From NCBI GenBank assembly GCA_001938485.1, contig MQRK01218680.1:9540-61992 (forward strand): a DNA stretch of 52,453 nt. The letters run 5' to 3'. Source of the stretch: Girardia tigrina (taxonomy: Eukaryota). Below are positions 46,747 to 52,453 of this stretch, in pieces. A program made the translations under genes and the position numbers. Within the stretch, counting starts at the first letter, position 1; every line of letters starts with the position of its first letter. The notes beneath the pieces were generated by a model. The model was not told where the DNA came from, searched no databases, and saw nothing but the letters and a program-made list of their open reading frames with translations.

Positions 46747-47857
46747 CCGTGTTATCCCAATTACAAGACACGGCTTGCATTAAATTTTTGACAAAAAAGG
46801 CGATGATGGCTTGCAATGAGTTAGTCGCATGTATTAATATTTATTAAAAAATTAATAAAAAATATATAAAAAAATATTAATAAATTTAATAAAATTTCGT
46901 AAATAAGAATTATATATAATACATCACTTTAACATATCAACAATAAGCATAATAAATGTTATATCTTATAACTTCAACAAAAAAAATAAACGATAAATAA
47001 CAATATTTATTCAAAAACAACATTTTTATCATGCAAGTCAACATCCTCGCAAAATCTCTCAAATTAACGGGCTTGTCCTGTTGTTTTTTTCCAAATTATT
47101 TTAATTTTCTCATCATAAATTTGATATTTATAAATAAAAGTTTCTGAAAATCTTTCACCAGGCACTTAATATGATGCAAGAAGACCATTTTGTATATCTC
47201 TAGGGTGATCATGGTCCATGCTTTAGTATTCCATCCTGTTATTTCATCGATTTTAGGTTAGGTTGGAGTTCCTCGAGAGTTTCTTACCATTCTGTATTCA
47301 ATGTAGTTTATACAGAATATCTTTAAACGTAGAAAGGAGGACTTTTCTCCCACCATCCTCGATTCTAAATGTTCTTTCTTGCAATGCTGAATCTCTAAAT
47401 TTAATTTCATTGGCCTCCCAACGTTTTACAATTCCTAAATCAAGCATTTTTCAGGACAAAACGCAGCCATCGATTGGTTAGAATAAGGAAGTTCTTCTAG
47501 AATTTCAAGTTTAAACTCAATGATATAGTTTTTTCTCGGGACTGGGTGAGTCATGTTTTGCTTTAAAAAAAAACAAAAAATTTTAAGCAATTTTTTTACG
47601 AAGAGTAATGAAAACTATTTAAAATAAACACGATATTTTGAAAATCAAGTAGTTATTATTACTTTTTTTTCAAAATGTTCCACCACTTCAAAAAAAATTT
47701 GAAAAATTCATGTAAATGAGTAAAAAGCGTGTTTTTTAATATTATGATTTTTTTACAATAAATTCTCTGGTGGCTTGTAATAGGGTAGTGGCTTGTATTA
47801 TTTTCTTTACAAAATGGAAGCAAAAAGCATGAGTGGCTTTTAAAAGGGAGAACACGG
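46747..47857 (-). mobile_element. Internally deleted pogo-like DNA transposon
   Basis: TIRs CCGTGTTATCCCAATTACAAGACAC and GTGGCTTTTAAAAGGGAGAACACGG; TA TSDs; subterminal GGCTTG(C/T)A repeats; from ATG 47554, RKNYIIEFKLEIL...VKRWE HTH. Confidence 0.88.
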
Positions 47858-47859
47858 TA

Positions 47860-47937
47860 GTCACATTCGATATAAGAAACATTTGATATGGTCACATCCG
47901 ATATAGTCACCATTTTTCGTTTTTGACATTCGATATG
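47860..47937. repeat. Short ~15-bp repeats (GTCACATTCGATATA-like), probable TE terminus
   Basis: Four related ACAT(T/C)(C/T)GATAT units. Confidence 0.55.
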
Positions 47938-48651
47938 AACAACTTGTTGAATATTAATTATTTTAAGTTTTGTAATTTGTTTTGACAAATTATTAAATTA
48001 ATTTTTAGATAGACAGTGTTTTTGAATTTGAAGATGAGTAGGTTCGATTTTGAAAAAATAAAAGAACTAATGTTACTATGTTACTAATGTTAGACAGTTT
48101 TTGAATTTGTTTTCTTAAAAATTAAAGTAACTTGAAATTTTTAAAAAACGATATTTAAAAATAAAAAAGTATAAAAATGTATAAATAAGTATAAGCAGGT
48201 TCGATTTTGAAAACTTTGAAGAACTAATCTTACTATCGAAAAAAATGATATAATTCGTAGAATGTAAAATGGGGAGTATGAGGAGGTAATTAATTTTTGG
48301 TTCGCATATCAAAATTTAAGTAGTTTTAAAAAAGATTATTTTGAATTAAAATCAAATTGAAAATTTTAAAAATAAATTTAAATTAAAAAAAACATTCTTA
48401 ATCGAAAACATTCATTAAAAAACTTTCTTTATTAAAAATTTTTAATTATATTTGTAAAAATATATTTTCTAGTTTTGAATTAATTTAAGGATATGATTAA
48501 AAGATTAAATATTTAAAAAATAAAAGATTGAATATTAAAAATAACGTATTTTCAAAGTTAAATCTCCAGGTTTCACTTCAGGATTCATAAAATCAACAAA
48601 TAGAATTTATTTAATAATTGCAAAATTTTTAATATACTTAAACAAATTAAT

Positions 48652-49260
48652 ATCACAACTTTCACCTCTTTTATAATTCGTTATTTACTTTCTTAATCCA
48701 CTCAATTCTTCGACGAATTATGTTTCCATCTTTCAGATTCTGTAATTCCAATTACTGTGGCAATATGTCTTAAAATTTGATACGGTTCATCGAATGGAAA
48801 AGTGTCCTTTCTCAGTTTTGTAGGATCTTGTTTTACAAAGACTTTCTAACCATCCTCGAAATGTCGATTTGTTCTCTTCTCTCTCTCCAAATTTTCCATT
48901 CGACTTTCGGCTTTCTGTAAATGTTCTCTTACCTTCATCTCGATCACGTTGCTCTCTTCCGTTTAAGCTATTCTTGCTGCCATATGTAAGTTTATTTTTC
49001 TACCAAACACAACTTCGAAGGGCGAATATCCGGTCGTACTCTAAACTGTTGCTTTTAGGCAGAATTTTATCTTCAGAACTATTTGCCACCATGATCGTTT
49101 GTCTGTGTCTCCTCTGCTTGTTACTATCATGTATCTCACTGTTCGAATAGTATTTTCTGCAAACCCGTTTGATTGATGTTGAAATGGGCAACTAAATCTT
49201 TACATTTTCCGCCAATAAATATTGTTTTGTTAATATTGTTTTTGGCTTCCCATATCTATT
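48652..49260 (-). mobile_element. Gypsy integrase remnant with PPT and LTR start
   Basis: HQSNGFAENTIRTV, TTGYSPFEVVFGR, FDEPYQI, RRIEWIK, then AAAAGAGGTGAAAG and TGTGAT. Confidence 0.8.
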
Positions 49261-49344
49261 GTATAAGATAAATATTAAATATATATATATACAATATATA
49301 TTCGTCATTATAATATATAGTAAATATATATGTATGACGAAACC

Positions 49345-49895
49345 GACAACGAAGATGATGAAATTAAATGCGTAAAAATACGACAAGAGAAAAGATCAAA
49401 ATTGTATAAAGCAATCGGAGAAAATAATAATAACGATAATAAAGATGACAAACAACTTATCGAAAGAGAATTTAAAGTAGGTGACTTGGTATTGATCAAA
49501 AAACCAAATGTGTCAAAAACCGAAGATAGATATGAAAGACCAGCTAAAATTGTTGAGAAGAGACATAATAAAAGCTATATTATTAGATTCGATGGGGGCG
49601 TACCATTGTAAGAAACGTTGAATGGATACGACTTTTTAAACCGAGGGGGATGTGAGGAGAATTATTATCAAAACTAATAAATGTTTGTTGCGTAATTTAT
49701 GTATGGAATGTTCTAGGTGTGATCTCTGTATTGTTGTGTAATAGGTCACGACCGAAATAGTGTGTATGGTGAAATGATTGAGTGTATGTTTGATTCAGAT
49801 TGATGACGGCATTAATCAATATATATATACTGATGATATTTCTCATTTTATTGTGTTTTAAATAAATATTATGACAGTCTCGAAGTCTTCTAACA
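49345..49895 (+). mobile_element. Gypsy 3' end: integrase C-terminus, PPT and LTR (49651-49895)
   Basis: FKVGDLVLIK...RYERP...RNVEWIRLFK; CCGAGGGGGA then TGTGAGGAG...AATAAA...CTTCTAACA. Confidence 0.8.
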
Positions 49896-50384
49896 CATAC
49901 TTTTCATTGTTTTCGATTTTTTAAATCGCCCCTTTTTAATTTTTATTTATGGTATTGGGATTTTTGAATTTACGTAGTTTTATAATTTTTGATATTTAAT
50001 TATAATATTGAATTCGAATGTTTTTTCAATAAATTATTTTGGGAGTTGAAATTTTAACTTTCTCCTGATACTTTTAAACAAAGCTTAAGCAAAAACAGTT
50101 TTGCATTTAACCACTCATGAATTTTATTATTTTTTTCTCAGACATATAGGCCTATTATTACTCTACCGGTATTCCTATATCTATTGGTTAATTTAACATG
50201 TATTTTTATTTAAGTTTTAATTTTAATTATGTATCATGTAATACATTTTAAAAAATAAATTACGCCCTCAACTAGTTAAAACTAGATATCAACTTAAGCA
50301 GGACTAGAAATTGCATAAAGTTATAAGTTTGTTTTTGTCGAAGCAACTCTATCTTGCTTGCATGAGATCGTCCATTTTACAGAA

Positions 50385-50540
50385 TTATTCCGAATTTATG
50401 AGGAAAATATTATATACTTTTAGAAATATATTCCGTATTCAACGGAAAGTATTCTTAATCAAACGGAAAGTATTTCAATTTATATGGAAAATATGCTTTA
50501 TTATACATGGAAAGTATTCCAAATTACTCGAAAAACATTT
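50385..50540. repeat. Degenerate ~21-bp minisatellite
   Basis: Recurrent GGAAAGTATT-like core at ~21-bp spacing. Confidence 0.6.
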
Positions 50541-51899
50541 TCTAAAAAAATTTCATTATAAATTGATGTTAATAAAGAATAATAACACTAATTGATCCTC
50601 TTTCTGAAGAATTTCCTTTGCAATTACCGTAGCATACCATGAATGTATATAAAAAAAGAATGATTCACTTTACATTCCATTTACAGACATTAAATTTTCG
50701 GAATTCAAATTCTCTTATCGAACTATTTCTCTTACCATATGATGTCAGATATGTAAAAGGGTAAAGGTCGTCTTATCGACAATGATTTATTACTGTTTGT
50801 AATGACTTAGCTTTATCATCAGTTGTTAAATATCATTTCAAATTTCGAAAAGAATTAAACTGAGAATCTTTAACATAAACATTTCATAGATTTTTAAATA
50901 TTAATAAATGACTTCAAATTTTTCGTGCTTCATGTGAATAAATTTTAACTTGCATCTTAATTTTTATACTGATTCATAAATAGCTGCACATTAAAACACA
51001 TTTAACTGTTTCAAACCTACAGGGACTTTTTAATCCCAACAGTCGATTCCGTCTTTTACTATTTTGATCATGATAGTTATGCTACCGTTACACTACATAA
51101 ATCTAGTCGCATATTCTATGAACAGATTGTTCCTCCGTTCAATAACTTACTATTCCATAATCCGATGTTTGTAGAAAAAAGTCGTCTTGAAACGGTTAAA
51201 CATATGTTCATTGTTGTATCGCACTTATCCTATTGATTTTTATTAATTATTGTAATTTTTTATTTTTAAATTTTTATTGTATAATTCAATTTTATTAATA
51301 ATTGCTTTTGTTTTAATTTATACAATTAGTATAATTTTTATTTTGAATTTTATAAAAATTTATTTGAAAATATATTTTTTCAAAAAGTACAAATTTTCTT
51401 TTCTTCATCGAAGGACTTATTTTTTTACCATTCAACTTTTTATTGAGTTTATTAGCACTTTTAATTCCTATGGAGAACCGAACAACTCAATCAAATCGAT
51501 CGAATCTACCAGATCAACCACACCGATTGAGTTGACCCAACTGATCAAACCGACGGAGAATAAATACCCAAAATTCAACATTCATATAATTGATTTGTAT
51601 TGGAATATTTTTTTGTGATGTTTTATTCATTATGGTATTTCAATTTTTAATTATGCATACATAATTAAAAATATATTTTTTTATATACACATATTTATAT
51701 AAAAGTAATACCAAAGTCACTCGTCAAAATGTATCATCATAATGAATGACTCATCAGGCGAGAATGACGAGATATTGAAGACTAATTAAATAGATATAAG
51801 AAGTATTTTATTTATAATTGGTGTTCGCAAAAAAAAGAACTTTTATTTGGAGTATTAATATAAGTTACTGTGGATTTGGTGACACTACCTTTAAAATCA

Positions 51900-52110
51900 A
51901 ATCGTGAACACAACTTCCTGACACAGGTTCCACTCTACAAATTATACACCATATCTTTGGACATATTTAGAAGTTGTGCTAGGTCTCTTGTTACAATATG
52001 AAGGTATTTAATGATGATTTCATTTATCATTTCTTTTTTCTCCTTTTCCTCTTGTACATGTCTTCTAGGTTTTTCCAAATTAAAAGAAAACCTGTATACG
52101 TCCACTTGTA
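51900..52110 (-). mobile_element. Possible mariner transposase N-terminal HTH remnant
   Basis: FNLEKPRR...IVTRDLAQLLNMSKDMVYNL...RKLCSR resembles LED.PRSGRP...TTRELA..L.VS..TV...RKLCSRWVP. Confidence 0.45.
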
Positions 52111-52414
52111 AAATCACGAATCTAGTCGTAAATGATTGATTTACAAGGGTACTCACTGTTGTAAACGTCCTGAAATTGTGCAATAATTTATTTGCTGTTA
52201 GTTTTTTTCAAAAGTAAAAACTTCATAACTCTACGAAATTCGTCGTTATCTGACATGTTCTGACAAAAAATGAAATAGTGCAATTTCTGTAAATACATGA
52301 TTTTCATAAAAAACAAAACCGTTTGCCCTTACCTACATATATTTAAGTAAAATCACGTGAAATATCAATTTTATGAAGTAATTATTAAATCTAAGTATTT
52401 ATTAGGTGCATTAC

Positions 52415-52415
<1 letters not shown>

Positions 52416-52453
<38 letters not shown>
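52416..52453. repeat. (TA)n microsatellite at window end
   Basis: Perfect run. Confidence 0.95.

Noticed and set aside
50311-51618. ORFs 50311-50595 and 51277-51618 (likewise 24396-24776 and 39785-40015)
   Set aside because: Low-complexity F/I/K/L/N translations expected from AT-rich or minisatellite DNA.
1-52453. tRNA or rRNA genes
   Set aside because: None recognised by eye; the only tRNA-related sequences are primer-binding sites.

Overview
A very AT-rich, gene-poor, transposon-saturated eukaryotic window from a draft assembly with N gaps. No prokaryotic features, rRNA, tRNA or CRISPR were seen. Long intronless genes, AAATTT just upstream of ATGs and the TE mix (Ty3/Gypsy, Penelope, RTE-like LINE, MULE, Merlin, hAT, pogo, mariner, piggyBac-like MITE) fit a large-genome microsporidian or similar parasite, but this is inference. 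Host-type genes: a divergently oriented, near-identical pair of charged repeat-protein genes (8727-10829 intact with 5 x 34-aa repeats; 15625-18216 with 10 repeats and one in-frame TAA); a USP/peptidase C19 deubiquitinase with a ~340-aa acidic N-terminus (44368-46344); and an orphan ORF (25088-25678) with a decayed paralog at 2598-2820. Best-defined mobile elements: a Gypsy element with both 118-bp LTRs, AATAT TSD, tRNA-Ser-like PBS and a candidate -1 frameshift after the protease (33219-38577); a 5'-truncated Penelope bounded by inverted pseudo-LTRs, each with a minimal hammerhead ribozyme motif (41627-43252); a Penelope with a twin-priming-like 5' inversion interrupted by a LINE ending in three C2H2 zinc fingers; and a pogo derivative with TIRs and TA TSD. 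I found no clear multi-gene novel system. The strongest leads are the variable repeat gene pair, the Penelope hammerheads and inversion, the zinc-finger LINE, the compact LTR element and the acidic USP. All alignments were done by eye, and boundaries of decayed elements are approximate.
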